A stretch of DNA of 64,000 bases, taken from an uncultured Gemmatimonadota bacterium. GTDB lineage: Bacteria > JAAXHH01. This document shows, piece after piece, positions 9,774-19,600 of the stretch; the stretch's first letter is position 1, and each line of letters opens with the position of its first letter. The stretch spans positions 544,001 to 608,000 of the forward strand of contig OX638340.1 in NCBI GenBank assembly GCA_951812955.1. The letters run 5' to 3'. Under the pieces are notes generated by a model. The model was not told the origin of the DNA, made no database searches, and saw only the letters and a list, made by a program, of their open reading frames with translations. The position numbers and the translations under genes are program-made.

Positions 9774-10616
9774 GTGAAGTTGACCCCCACGCAACTCGAA
9801 GCGTATCGCCAGGATGGGTTTGTCATTGTTGATTGCCCCTTTCTTGCCGGCTACACGGAGGCTTGCCTACGGGCGGTAGATCGCGTGGCGGCCGATCCCG
9901 TATCAGACGATGTTGATACACGCCGAAACCATTTCCGGCTCGCTCCGCAGATGCCCGGATCATACTGGTGCGCCCTTGACCATTCCCAGCCATTTCTGCA
10001 GATCATTCTCCATCCGGAAATTCTCGAATTGGTTCGGCAACTGACCGGCGACGACGATGTCTTCCTTCGCAATGGCGGTATCAATGAACTGGCGCCTGGC
10101 AACTCGTTCTGGTGGCATCGCGACAGCGAGATGGTTTACACCGAGTACATGCACTACTTCTCTGGATCTTCCGTGGAACAGGGTTGCTTGAGGGTCATTC
10201 CCGGTAGTCATGTGGCCTCTGCGGATGAATTCAAGGAAGAAGCGGAACATCGTAGACGCGACCAGGGATATCCCGAGGAATACTGGGTCGATGGCCTTGC
10301 GGACGTGGAATTACCTGGAGAGGTCCCGCTCGAGGTCAGGCCGGATCAGCTCATCGTTCGCGATTCAAGGATCTACCACGCGACCGGGCTCAATACTACG
10401 AAGGATGCCCGACTGATGAGCCACTGGCTGTTTCGCGCCGGCGGCTGCGACGACCACCGGTTTCACTTCGAGGATGTGCTGACTAAAGAATTGATCGACG
10501 CGCTTTCACCCGAGCAGCAGGATGCGCTGTGGCTGGGCAGGGATTTCGAGATTGCCAAGGTGTACCGTGAAGAACGGGAAAGGGAGCGGGGGAAGGTGGC
10601 GTGGGGGGTGGTGTGA
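9774..10616 (+). CDS. phytanoyl-CoA dioxygenase (PhyH) family Fe(II)/2-oxoglutarate oxygenase
   Basis: N-terminus LTPTQLEAYRQDGFVIV is typical of PhyH. WHRDSE (HxD iron ligands) and distal H in RIYHATGLN. GTG start. Confidence 0.8.
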   Translation: MKLTPTQLEAYRQDGFVIVDCPFLAGYTEACLRAVDRVAADPVSDDVDTRRNHFRLAPQMPGSYWCALDHSQPFLQIILHPEILELVRQLTGDDDVFLRNGGINELAPGNSFWWHRDSEMVYTEYMHYFSGSSVEQGCLRVIPGSHVASADEFKEEAEHRRRDQGYPEEYWVDGLADVELPGEVPLEVRPDQLIVRDSRIYHATGLNTTKDARLMSHWLFRAGGCDDHRFHFEDVLTKELIDALSPEQQDALWLGRDFEIAKVYREERERERGKVAWGVV

Positions 10617-10745
10617 GTAAGTCCCCGGAGTACGGCTTCGGAAGCGTCTTCTTAGTCGGTGTCTTCGCTCGACCCAGGTGAGCAGATTTTGAATGCGTAT
10701 TCCTAGAAGGCAGTTTCACTCGACCTATGCAGGCCGGCGGCGAGA

Positions 10746-11618
10746 TTAGAACGCATAGCGCAACGATGCCCTGAATCCCTGCCCATTGAGCATTGCCCTG
10801 GTTTCGACGAGGTCTATCTTTAGCGGTTCGCGTCTACCGTCTTTCCAGACGACCTCACCTGTGGCTCGTCCGGTCTCCGCAATCCCCCAATCCACGTATC
10901 GCCAGGCAAGATCAAGCGTGATTTTGTCCGAAAGAGACGTAGCCACGCCAGACGTCAGCATCACGGCGAGATCAACGTTCCGGCCATCGGGAACGATGGT
11001 CTCCGTATTAGGAAACGTCATGCGGAAGTTACTGATATCGACATAGTGCAGCCCAGCGCCGCTTCCCGCGAACATGCGAAATGGACCGTATTCAGAAAGA
11101 TCCATGTACGCGGCGACCATGCCGGACATGGACCACAGGTCCGCCGATACGGGTTGGTCCGCGCTAGTCTGGACAAAATTAGCGCTACCTTCGAATGTAA
11201 AACGAGGGCGGTAGGCTATGGACGTTTCCAGTCGCAGTTTCGGCGTTACCAAGAAGCCAAGGCCGACTTCGACACCGGCTGTCGATCCGAAATCACCCTG
11301 CGTGCCCAGCGTGGTGCCGTTGTTCCCCTTGCCACAGCCGTAGAGCGCCGCAGGAGACTTGCTCAAGCAGTCCGCGTCCCCGAACCTGGTTTTCGAGGAC
11401 AGATCGAGGTTTACTCCGGCTCGAAGGTAGAAAGGATTTTGGGGTGGGGTGAGGCCGGATGCGGGCTGTGCAGAATCGATCTGGCCTGAACTGGCTCCTT
11501 CTGAGCCAGAGACCGCACTCGCTTGAACACCTGCCGGATTGAGATACATGGTGGCTATGATTGAAGCCAGGGTAATGGCCGTTCTGATCCCTATAACTGT
11601 CATGCGGTCGCTGGTCAT
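10746..11618 (-). CDS. outer-membrane beta-barrel protein (OmpA/OmpW-like porin fold)
   Basis: Signal peptide ending AGVQA. Alternating amphipathic strands. C-terminal aromatic terminus RYAF. Confidence 0.7.
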   Translation of the reverse strand: MTSDRMTVIGIRTAITLASIIATMYLNPAGVQASAVSGSEGASSGQIDSAQPASGLTPPQNPFYLRAGVNLDLSSKTRFGDADCLSKSPAALYGCGKGNNGTTLGTQGDFGSTAGVEVGLGFLVTPKLRLETSIAYRPRFTFEGSANFVQTSADQPVSADLWSMSGMVAAYMDLSEYGPFRMFAGSGAGLHYVDISNFRMTFPNTETIVPDGRNVDLAVMLTSGVATSLSDKITLDLAWRYVDWGIAETGRATGEVVWKDGRREPLKIDLVETRAMLNGQGFRASLRYAF

Positions 11619-11690
11619 GTTCGTCTCTCGTTACGGTTCGATGTGGAGTGCTTGATTCTCGTCCAGATGGTTCGACGATAAAACCTCCGT

Positions 11691-11741
11691 GCGAAAATAG
11701 ACAAACTCCAAGCGAAAGTAGACAACCTTCCAGCGCAATCG
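11691..11741. repeat. 21-bp tandem direct repeat (2 copies plus partial) in the OMP promoter region
   Basis: GCGAAAATAGACAAACTCCAA is followed by GCGAAAGTAGACAACCTTCCA, then GCGCAATCG. Confidence 0.6.
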
Positions 11742-11803
11742 TGGCTCGCCCACCGGATCGCGCTCACAATCCAACCAGATGTCACCCGTACTTAATCGTG
11801 AAT

Positions 11804-12649
11804 TCAATCGATTTCGATCAGAATCCGACAGTGATCGCTTGAACCCCACTCATCGGGTTCGTTCATCGCCTGAGTACGTACACTATGGTGGAATCCCCGT
11901 GAAGCGAATACGTAGTCGAGCTGATTTACGGCGTTTTCTGGCATTCTCGCACGTGGCGCGTAATATGTGGGTGTATTCTTCGTATCTTCAGGTAGTCCAT
12001 ACGGAATGGGATCGGTCCTTCTGCCATCCGGATATCGAGGTCCCACAAACTCTAGACCCAGGGCGTCCATTCGTTCGAAAACAGTACGGTCGCGATCAGG
12101 CAGCACCAGTTTCGTGTCTTTAGACCCGAAAACGGTGTTCAGGTCTCCTGCCGCCAGGATCCGATGGGTGCTTGAATCTAGATCTCCAATAAAAGCTGAG
12201 ATATCAGAGATGATCCGATGTGTCGACGCGTCTGAGTATCCGGCCCACCATTTCGAGTCAACCGAAGCGTGCGGTCTTAACCAACGCGCATACATGGATA
12301 CAGCGATAAAAGGCTCCTGATCGCGGGGAATCACCCGGGCGGCCGCGATGGTACCGATGTCGCTGACGACCATCTCGTCGGGGCCGGTTGCTTTGTATTG
12401 AGGGAGAACTCGCCTGAACCGCTCAACCATGACTCGGTCGGATAGCTTGACGATTATTGGCCAGCGATCGAAATCATCCAGGTCGCTCCACTGGTCGCCG
12501 GTTGTTTTGGTTCCGGTGTCGAGACGCGTGCGCAGATCTGGAGGCACTTTACCAGCCTCTTGAATCAGAGCGACGTCCGCGTTCATCTCAAGTAGTTCGT
12601 CCCACGGTGCTCTTCTCCTTGCGATATTCCAACTGACAACAGTTGTCAT
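11804..12649 (-). CDS. endonuclease/exonuclease/phosphatase (EEP) family protein
   Basis: N-terminus VVSWNIARRR and C-terminus SSDHCRILIEID are canonical EEP ends. GC is visibly lower (~50%) than the flanks. GAGGGGA Shine-Dalgarno sequence. Confidence 0.8.
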   Translation of the reverse strand: MTTVVSWNIARRRAPWDELLEMNADVALIQEAGKVPPDLRTRLDTGTKTTGDQWSDLDDFDRWPIIVKLSDRVMVERFRRVLPQYKATGPDEMVVSDIGTIAAARVIPRDQEPFIAVSMYARWLRPHASVDSKWWAGYSDASTHRIISDISAFIGDLDSSTHRILAAGDLNTVFGSKDTKLVLPDRDRTVFERMDALGLEFVGPRYPDGRRTDPIPYGLPEDTKNTPTYYAPRARMPENAVNQLDYVFASRGFHHSVRTQAMNEPDEWGSSDHCRILIEID

Positions 12650-12658
12650 CCAATCCCC

Positions 12659-13735
12659 TCATCCACCCACCTTCGCCTCGAACGCCGCGATCTCCTCCGC
12701 ACCCTCCAACACACCGATTTCCAGATGAAAATCGCGTACTTCGTCCGGTTCGATGTGCTGCAGGTAGCCGTTCTTGCGGTTCCAGGCTCGGCCGAGCATG
12801 CTGACGTTGCCGGGTTCGATGCCAGTGACGTAGGTTCCCCGGTGGAAGTGCTGCCAGTGGGTAACGATAGGGATTTCGGCCTTGGGGAAGGACCAGTAGA
12901 TTCCGAGGCCGAGGCGGTCGTTGATCAGACCCACGCGGCACAGGCCGGCGGCATCGGCCCGTGGATGAAGGATGTAGACGTCGTCATGCGCTTCGTCCCC
13001 GGGTGCGGAGACTGTAGCATAGGTTTCGGGGCCTACTTCACGGTCTTCGAGCCACTCGGTCGTTTTCTCGCTGTCAATGACGACGCGCGTGCCCTCGTCG
13101 AGGACGGGAAAACCGGGGTTGCAGTGATAGACGAACATCAGGGGTGAGCGATCGACCGATTGATTGTGTATCCGATCGTGAATATGCAGCGATTTTTCGC
13201 CCAGGACCGTCGAGATTTCCCGGGTGAGTTCCAGGTTGGTGCCGAAGACGACGGCCTCCCTGACCTTCCCTCGCACCTTGACGATGTAGTCGTCGCCGTC
13301 CCACTGGCCATCGGTATGTACCTGCCTGGCGGGGAGGAAGGACAGGCGGCCGTGGAGTCCGAGTTCTTCGTTTTCTTCTTCAGGATCGGTCTCCGGATGG
13401 CCTGTGAAGGTCATTCCGCAGCTAAGGACCAGGCCGCCAAAGAACCCGCGCATCCAGCCGTATCCCTGTGGCTCGTAGAAAGAAGGGCCCACGTCGCCCG
13501 TGCTTCCGCGAAAACAAAGCGACATGCCTTTGTAGTGGGCCGAGGCCACGTCGAGTGCACGTCCCGGCAGCAGGGAGAAGCATAGTCCCGATGCGTTGAA
13601 TACCTCGATGAGATCCGCGCCTCGATCGGTTCCCTCGCGCAATTCGCCTTGCCTGGCATGGGCTACCTGGCTCATGTCGCCCACGAGATCGAGCAGTTCC
13701 CTGCGGGTATATTCTTTTCCAAATAGACGCGCCAT
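12659..13735 (-). CDS. DUF4432 / aldose-1-epimerase-like (galactose-mutarotase fold) protein
   Basis: About 358 aa, resembling the mutarotase-like DUF4432 family. Start taken at the ATG (MARLF) with a GGGAG Shine-Dalgarno sequence. The longest ORF starts at the GTG at 13741. Confidence 0.55.
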   Translation of the reverse strand: MARLFGKEYTRRELLDLVGDMSQVAHARQGELREGTDRGADLIEVFNASGLCFSLLPGRALDVASAHYKGMSLCFRGSTGDVGPSFYEPQGYGWMRGFFGGLVLSCGMTFTGHPETDPEEENEELGLHGRLSFLPARQVHTDGQWDGDDYIVKVRGKVREAVVFGTNLELTREISTVLGEKSLHIHDRIHNQSVDRSPLMFVYHCNPGFPVLDEGTRVVIDSEKTTEWLEDREVGPETYATVSAPGDEAHDDVYILHPRADAAGLCRVGLINDRLGLGIYWSFPKAEIPIVTHWQHFHRGTYVTGIEPGNVSMLGRAWNRKNGYLQHIEPDEVRDFHLEIGVLEGAEEIAAFEAKVGG

Positions 13736-13752
13736 AGTCACTTTCTCCCTGT

Positions 13753-15480
13753 TTACTTCTTCTGGATCTTCGCCCAGGTATCGCGCAGGGCGATGGTGCG
13801 GTTGAATACTGGTCCGGTCTGGCCGGTCTGGCCGTACTCTGGCGCAGCCCGGTCGATTGCCGGTCCATCGGACTGCGTTTCGTCGGCATCGATGCAGAAG
13901 TACCCAAGTCGCTCGAACTGGTAATTCACACCGGGTACAGCTTCGGCCAGTCCGGGTTCGACCTTGCAGTCCGTGACGGTCTTGAGCGAGTCCGGATTGA
14001 GTAAGGATCGTTCATCGTCCACTTCACCCGGACGGGGATCCGGATCGCTGAAGAGCCGGTCATAGAGCCGCACGGTCGCGTTCAGGGCGTGGGCGGCCGA
14101 AACCCAGTGTATGGTGCCGCGTACCCGTCTCCCGTCGGGCGTGCTTCCACCTCTGGATTCCGGATCGTAAGTGCAGTGCAGCTCGACAATGTTTCCCTGG
14201 TCATCCTTAATCACGTCCGTACAGGTAATGTAGTACCCGTAACGCAGCCTGACTTCCCGTCCCGGACCGAGCCGGAAAAACTTCCGCGGCGGATCTTCCA
14301 TGAAGTCGTTCCGCTCGATGTAGATCTCGCGAGAAAACGGGACTTCCCGTGTCCCCATTCCCTCGTCTTCCGGGTTGTTCACGGCTTCCATGTGCTCGGT
14401 CTGGTCGGCGGGATAATTGGTGATCACGACCTTCAGGGGATCCAGCACGCCCATGACGCGTGGTGCGCGCTTGTTCAGGTCTTCCCGGATGATGAAATCC
14501 GACAGGGCCATGTCTATGAGATTGTGGTTCTTGGCCACGCCGACACGGTCGCAGAGGGTTCGTATCGAATCGGGCGTATATCCACGTCGCCGCAAGCCGG
14601 ACAGTGTGGGCATGCGGGGATCGTCCCACCCGGAAAGCACGCCTTCCTCGATCAGGGGCCGGTAGAAGCGCTTTGACAGCACGGTGTGCGCCAGTACCAG
14701 CGGCGCAAACTCGATCTGCTGGGGATGGTAGACATCCAGCCGGTCCAAAATCCAGTCGTAGAGCGGCCGGTTGTTTTCGAATTCCAGCGTGCAGAGCGAA
14801 TGGGTGATGCCCTCGATGGAATCCGACAGGCAGTGGGTGAAATCATACATGGGATATACACACCACTTGTCCCCGGTGCGGTAATGATGGGCGTGCCGTA
14901 TCCGGTACAGCACGGGGTCGCGCATCGTCAGGTTCGGATGGCCCATGTCAATCCGGGCCCTGAGGACATGGGTGCCGTCCGGAAACTCCCCGGCCTGCAT
15001 GCGCTGGAACAGTTCCCTGTTCTCATCTCCCGGCCGGTCGCGGTACGGACTGTCCCGGCCCGGTTCCGTGGGTGTGCCGCGATAGTCCCGCATCTCGTCC
15101 CAGGTCAGGCTGTCGACGTAGGCGTCACCCTGGTCGATGAGCTGAAGCGCGTAACCGTACAGCTGATCGTAGTAATCGGAGGCGAAGTATAGCCGGTCTT
15201 CCCAGTCGAACCCCAGCCACTTGATGTCCCGCTTGATCCCCTCGACATAATTCGCGTCTTCTTTCTCGGGATTCGAGTCGTCAAACCGGAGATTGCACAG
15301 GCCGCCGTACTCCTCGGCCACCCCGAAATTCAGGCAGATCGACTTCGCGTGACCGATATGGAGATAGCCGTTCGGTTCCGGGGGAAAACGGGTCATCACC
15401 TTGCCCCCGAACTTGCCGCTTTCCATGTCCGCGTCGATGATCTCGCGTATGAAGTCCCTATACTGCTTTTCTTCGCTCAT
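13753..15480 (-). CDS. glnS: glutaminyl-tRNA synthetase
   Basis: Class I aaRS motifs HIGH ([14 protein letters not shown]) and VLSKR. Overall GlnRS architecture. Start at MSEEKQY with an AGGAAGG Shine-Dalgarno sequence. The longest ORF reaches 15555. Confidence 0.93.
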   Translation of the reverse strand: MSEEKQYRDFIREIIDADMESGKFGGKVMTRFPPEPNGYLHIGHAKSICLNFGVAEEYGGLCNLRFDDSNPEKEDANYVEGIKRDIKWLGFDWEDRLYFASDYYDQLYGYALQLIDQGDAYVDSLTWDEMRDYRGTPTEPGRDSPYRDRPGDENRELFQRMQAGEFPDGTHVLRARIDMGHPNLTMRDPVLYRIRHAHHYRTGDKWCVYPMYDFTHCLSDSIEGITHSLCTLEFENNRPLYDWILDRLDVYHPQQIEFAPLVLAHTVLSKRFYRPLIEEGVLSGWDDPRMPTLSGLRRRGYTPDSIRTLCDRVGVAKNHNLIDMALSDFIIREDLNKRAPRVMGVLDPLKVVITNYPADQTEHMEAVNNPEDEGMGTREVPFSREIYIERNDFMEDPPRKFFRLGPGREVRLRYGYYITCTDVIKDDQGNIVELHCTYDPESRGGSTPDGRRVRGTIHWVSAAHALNATVRLYDRLFSDPDPRPGEVDDERSLLNPDSLKTVTDCKVEPGLAEAVPGVNYQFERLGYFCIDADETQSDGPAIDRAAPEYGQTGQTGPVFNRTIALRDTWAKIQKK

Positions 15481-15607
15481 AGCCTTCCTGTTCAGGTTAC
15501 TTTTTGGAGCAGAATAAAGACCGAATAATATAGATCGTCGAGGGGGAAAGGGCAAGGTTTAGAGCAGGGGAGAATGTCCATGCGTTGCCTTAAACAGTTT
15601 TTACGAT

Positions 15608-17014
15608 TTACTGCTTGATGAGTGGCTGATACAGTTCAATGAGTCCGGCTATGTGACTGATTGTGTTCCTTGAGATAGAATTATCCTCGTAGTGGTTGAC
15701 AAGTCGTAATATCTCTTCGATCCTTCTGTCGTCTGGTCTGCCCGTTCTGCTAGAGATGTTATCCAAAGGAGGACCAAGCGCCCCTTTTTCTTCGGACTCA
15801 AAATAACGACGCAGTTCGTATACAGAAACACTCATAGTACCTTTTACATCTGCGTTTTGCATCTTACGATCGGTTAAGTAAACAAATGTCTCTAACTCAT
15901 TAAGATTGTTATTTTGGGTGTCATTCAGATCAAAATTGGCAATTAATTCGTCAATGCGGTTCATTAACTCATACCCTTTTTTATCCCCTCGAACGAATGC
16001 GCGATAAAGCGATGGGTCATGTAACCGTAGCGTAACAAGCAAACTCAGTATAACTGCTCGAAGTGGTTCCCCCTCTTCTATGGATGCTCTTACAAAGGCG
16101 ATTGACCTAATGCATTGTTCGATATCACGAAGTGAAAAACCAAAACAACTGCAGAGAATTGGAAAAAACTCGCGGAACCAATCAGAATCCAATGAATGGT
16201 CTTTGAAAAACCTATCCAACAAATAACGATTAACTAAATGCCTACAATAGGCTTCCGGGTCGATTTCAGGTAAAGTAAACGTAAAATCAAAAAACCGTCT
16301 CAAGTAAACATCTGAATCGATTTTACCATAAACAGACTGGAATGATTTGCATAACTCATCTCGATTGATTCCAAAAATGAAAACCAAACCTGGTATCTCA
16401 AATATGTGTTTAACCCGTTCCAAGAGTTCTATCGCAAAAGTAGGTCTACAACGGTCAAGTTCATCAACAATAAAAACCAGAGGATGCTTGGTTTCTTCCC
16501 TTACTTGAGTAGCAAGTTTTTCGAGATGTTTTCTTAAATCATCACGTTTTTTAACAAGGCTTTCATATCTGCCAAGTACATTGGGGGAGAATAGCCTTCC
16601 CAAGTCCCATCCAGTCGTCCCCTTAACCACAGTGAGCAACCCTGATATCAATCGTCCCCCGTGTTTCTGAATCAGCTTAATTGCACAATTGTATTTACTA
16701 TCATTCACTTGATCTGTCAGTTGTCCAAGAATCGAAGCTAAGGGGTCATCGCCAAAGTCATCATTCCACGCGTTTATATAGACACTTTCAAATCCTCGGT
16801 TTTGAAGATCTTTCTGCCATCGCTTGAGAAAGAACGTCTTACCCGTTCCCCAATCTCCATGTAAACTTACGATAAGGGATGGTCTTTGGGCCTGAACAAG
16901 ATTCGTCAATGTATTCGCAACTTCGGCTCTGCTCATTACATCATCTATCCAGGGGTCCTGTACGTTAATCACAGGTTCTGGGACCTTTAGGATTTTTCTG
17001 TTATCTTCGTACAA
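15608..17014 (-). CDS. KAP-family P-loop NTPase
   Basis: Walker A GDWGTGKT and Walker B FIVDELDR in a KAP-type arrangement. Gene GC is about 40-45% by eye against about 65% in the flanks. TTG start, not well defined. Confidence 0.85.
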   Translation of the reverse strand: MYEDNRKILKVPEPVINVQDPWIDDVMSRAEVANTLTNLVQAQRPSLIVSLHGDWGTGKTFFLKRWQKDLQNRGFESVYINAWNDDFGDDPLASILGQLTDQVNDSKYNCAIKLIQKHGGRLISGLLTVVKGTTGWDLGRLFSPNVLGRYESLVKKRDDLRKHLEKLATQVREETKHPLVFIVDELDRCRPTFAIELLERVKHIFEIPGLVFIFGINRDELCKSFQSVYGKIDSDVYLRRFFDFTFTLPEIDPEAYCRHLVNRYLLDRFFKDHSLDSDWFREFFPILCSCFGFSLRDIEQCIRSIAFVRASIEEGEPLRAVILSLLVTLRLHDPSLYRAFVRGDKKGYELMNRIDELIANFDLNDTQNNNLNELETFVYLTDRKMQNADVKGTMSVSVYELRRYFESEEKGALGPPLDNISSRTGRPDDRRIEEILRLVNHYEDNSISRNTISHIAGLIELYQPLIKQ

Positions 17015-17236
17015 TGAGTCGACCTTTCATTCTGATGATCATGGGTATTGGTTATATCCGACGTTATCGTATTCCTTACTTAGAGGCTTCAAAATCAACA
17101 ACATAGCCTAGATTGAGGCATTCGTCTTGGAACGGATATTTGAGGATAAGTTCATGGATTTATACACTGAATCGGTATGCATACAAATCGCATTTGAAAC
17201 ATGCAAAGCTATCCTACACTAGTCACGTCCGTTTCA

Positions 17237-18397
17237 TCACAGCCCAACCGTACATGCGTGTTCAAGCCCAACCACTTCCACGCGGTCGTGAATCCGGAAT
17301 CGCGATTCGCCGGGGAAAACGACGACTAGCCGGTCTAGTTTCAGGTCGGACAACGCCGTGTGCATGGAACGCGTCATCGAAGGCGCGCTGGATCGCTTGA
17401 ACTCGAACCCGGTTCTTCGACCGCCTTCCATGATCAGAAGATCGAGTTCCGACCCGCGATGGGTAGCCCAGAAATAACAGTCCTCCCAGGAAGCGCCCGC
17501 AATTCGGACCACCTCCTGCATGGCGAAACCCTCCCACGAAGCACCGGATTTTGGATGCCCCATGAGATCTGCCTCGTCCTTCACACCCAACAGCGCGTGT
17601 AACAGCCCGGAGTCCGAAAGATACACCTTGGAGGCTTTGACCTGACGTTTCTTAAGATTCTCGTACCATGGTTGCATCCTGCGCGCTACCAATGCGTCGA
17701 CGAGGGTGTCGAGGTATGAATTTACCGTTGGTGCGGTGACGCCAAGTGCGCGGCCGAGTTCGGCTCCATTCCAGTGATTCCCGTGGTAGTGGGCCAACAT
17801 GGTCCAGAATCGACGCATGGATGCGGCGGGAACAGAAATACCGAGCTGCGGCAGATCTCTTTCGAGGAAAGATCGAATGAACGCCGTCCGCCAGGTAAGG
17901 CTGTTCTCGTCGTTCTGGGCAAGGAACGAAGGAGGGAATCCGCCGCGCAACCAGAGTCGGTCCGTTTCAGCCGTACCCGTTTCGTTGATCCGTAGCGGCG
18001 GTAGTTCATAGTATGCGATCCTCCCGGCGAGCGATTCTGAAGACTGGCGAAGTAGTACGGGTCCCGCACTGCCCAGGACCAGAAAACGGGCCGGTGTACC
18101 TGGACGGTCCGAGAGCACACGAAGCAGGCGGAAAAGTCCTTCGTTTCGTTGGATCTCATCGATTACGACCAACCCGCGCAGCGGTTCCAACGCGAGCTTG
18201 GGATCAGACAGTCGCGTCTCGTCGGTCGGGTCTTCAAGATCGAAGAAGGTGACGGGACGCGCTTCGCCCTCTATCAGTTGGCGCGCGAGCGTGGTCTTTC
18301 CAACCTGCCGTGCCCCGATAAGACAGACCACGGGAAACTGGTTTAACAGTTCGCGAATTGCGGTGAGATGTTGGGTCCGTGGGATCATACGGGACAA
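17237..18397 (-). CDS. AAA+ ATPase with DUF4143 (COG1373-type ATP-binding protein)
   Basis: N-terminus ...LIGARQVGKTTLARQL (P-loop). C-terminal DUF4143-like region. Start is TTG at 18397 or ATG at 18388. Confidence 0.85.
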   Translation of the reverse strand: MSRMIPRTQHLTAIRELLNQFPVVCLIGARQVGKTTLARQLIEGEARPVTFFDLEDPTDETRLSDPKLALEPLRGLVVIDEIQRNEGLFRLLRVLSDRPGTPARFLVLGSAGPVLLRQSSESLAGRIAYYELPPLRINETGTAETDRLWLRGGFPPSFLAQNDENSLTWRTAFIRSFLERDLPQLGISVPAASMRRFWTMLAHYHGNHWNGAELGRALGVTAPTVNSYLDTLVDALVARRMQPWYENLKKRQVKASKVYLSDSGLLHALLGVKDEADLMGHPKSGASWEGFAMQEVVRIAGASWEDCYFWATHRGSELDLLIMEGGRRTGFEFKRSSAPSMTRSMHTALSDLKLDRLVVVFPGESRFRIHDRVEVVGLEHACTVGL

Positions 18398-18421
18398 TAT
18401 ATGTGAAAATCGAAAGCGGCG

Positions 18422-19267
18422 CTATTGATTTTCTACATTAGTCCTCGCCCACGCGGCGAAATGTGGCGGAACGACCACGGGGCGCTTCGACGCTTCGATT
18501 TCCTCTCGAACGCGCTGTGGTATGGTATCTACGTCCACTTCTTCCGCGGTGGCAATTCCGTAATGCTCCAGGAGCGGAACAACGCTTCGGAAGGAATTCG
18601 CCACGTAGGAGTAACCCGGCCAGTCGGAGGCGGCGCCGACCAGCAGTCCGGCATCGAGCGTGGGTTCGGGCAGGCCGGCCTCGGTGAAAACCCGGTACAG
18701 TTCCAGCCCCATGGTGGCATTGGCACCGGACCGTTCGAATACCTCGACGATCCAGTCGCCGAGTTGTCCCATGAGCGGTGTGTCGGGGTGCTTATAGGTC
18801 TCTGTAATGGTGAAATCGATCTCCTGGAACATGACAATACCGCCGGGACGTACCTGGTTTAACAATTGCTTCAACGCCGTAACCGGATCGGGAAGGTACA
18901 TGAGCACCAGGCGGCCGACCAGGGCATCGAACCGGTCTCCAAGGTCCATGGTTTGTACGTCGCCGGCAAGGAACGCCACGTTTTCGTATCCCACCTCCTG
19001 GACGCGCGTCCGGGCGATCTCGAGTATATCGGGATTCATATCCACGCCCACCACTTGCCCTTCGGGCCCCACCAGTTCCGCCGCGATCAACGACACGTCG
19101 CCGGCGCCGCTACCGATGTCCAGTACTCGCATGCCTTCACTGATACCGGCCGATGTCAGAAACCGTCTCGTGATCGGCTCGAAAAGGCGTGACTGTTCGA
19201 TCAGGCGTTCCGTCTCTTCATCACTGCGTCCCATGGTATATTTCCGCTGGCTGTTTTGATCCGTCAT
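18422..19267 (-). CDS. class I SAM-dependent methyltransferase (small-molecule type)
   Basis: Motif I VLDIGSGAGDVSL. Acidic loop after beta2 (VGVDMNPD). Motif post-I LAGDVQ. No DNA-methyltransferase motifs. Confidence 0.85.
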   Translation of the reverse strand: MTDQNSQRKYTMGRSDEETERLIEQSRLFEPITRRFLTSAGISEGMRVLDIGSGAGDVSLIAAELVGPEGQVVGVDMNPDILEIARTRVQEVGYENVAFLAGDVQTMDLGDRFDALVGRLVLMYLPDPVTALKQLLNQVRPGGIVMFQEIDFTITETYKHPDTPLMGQLGDWIVEVFERSGANATMGLELYRVFTEAGLPEPTLDAGLLVGAASDWPGYSYVANSFRSVVPLLEHYGIATAEEVDVDTIPQRVREEIEASKRPVVVPPHFAAWARTNVENQ

Positions 19268-19440
19268 GTTCGGGATATCTCCTTTCGGGATATGCCGTTG
19301 GTGAGTCCTCGTGCGGACTTGTGGATGTCAGCTTTCGAACTGCCGAAGTTGGGTATCCGGGTCTGACGCGTCAACCCTAAAGTATATATCCTGCTGTCGT
19401 TTGATTTTGGTCAGGGACGATCCGTCACACGTCCTACTCC

Positions 19441-19600
19441 TTCACCGCCTCCTGCACGCTCACCACCCCTGCTCCCTTACCACCGTTGCTCTCCCGCTGC
19501 CCGTTGCTCTCCCGTTGCCCGTTGCTCTCTCACCGCCTCGCTATTCCCTCTCCGCGCCCCTGCCCCTTCACCGCCTCGCTATTCCTTCACTGCCCCGAGC
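19441..19600. repeat. CT-rich degenerate tandem repeats (CCGTTGCTCTC x3 and TTCACCGCCTC x3)
   Basis: Lies between the 3' end of the ABC permease gene and the start of the methyltransferase gene. Read directly from the sequence. Confidence 0.7.

Noticed and set aside
15585-17270. Possible target-site duplication (CATGCGT-like 7-mer at about 15589 and about 17258) flanking the AT-rich KAP islet
   Set aside because: Only a 7-nt imperfect match, which is expected by chance. Not supportable as an insertion scar.
19480-19530. Possible CRISPR array from the CCGTTGCTCTC repeats
   Set aside because: The units are only 7-11 bp and lack unique spacers of regular length. No cas genes. This is a simple-sequence repeat.
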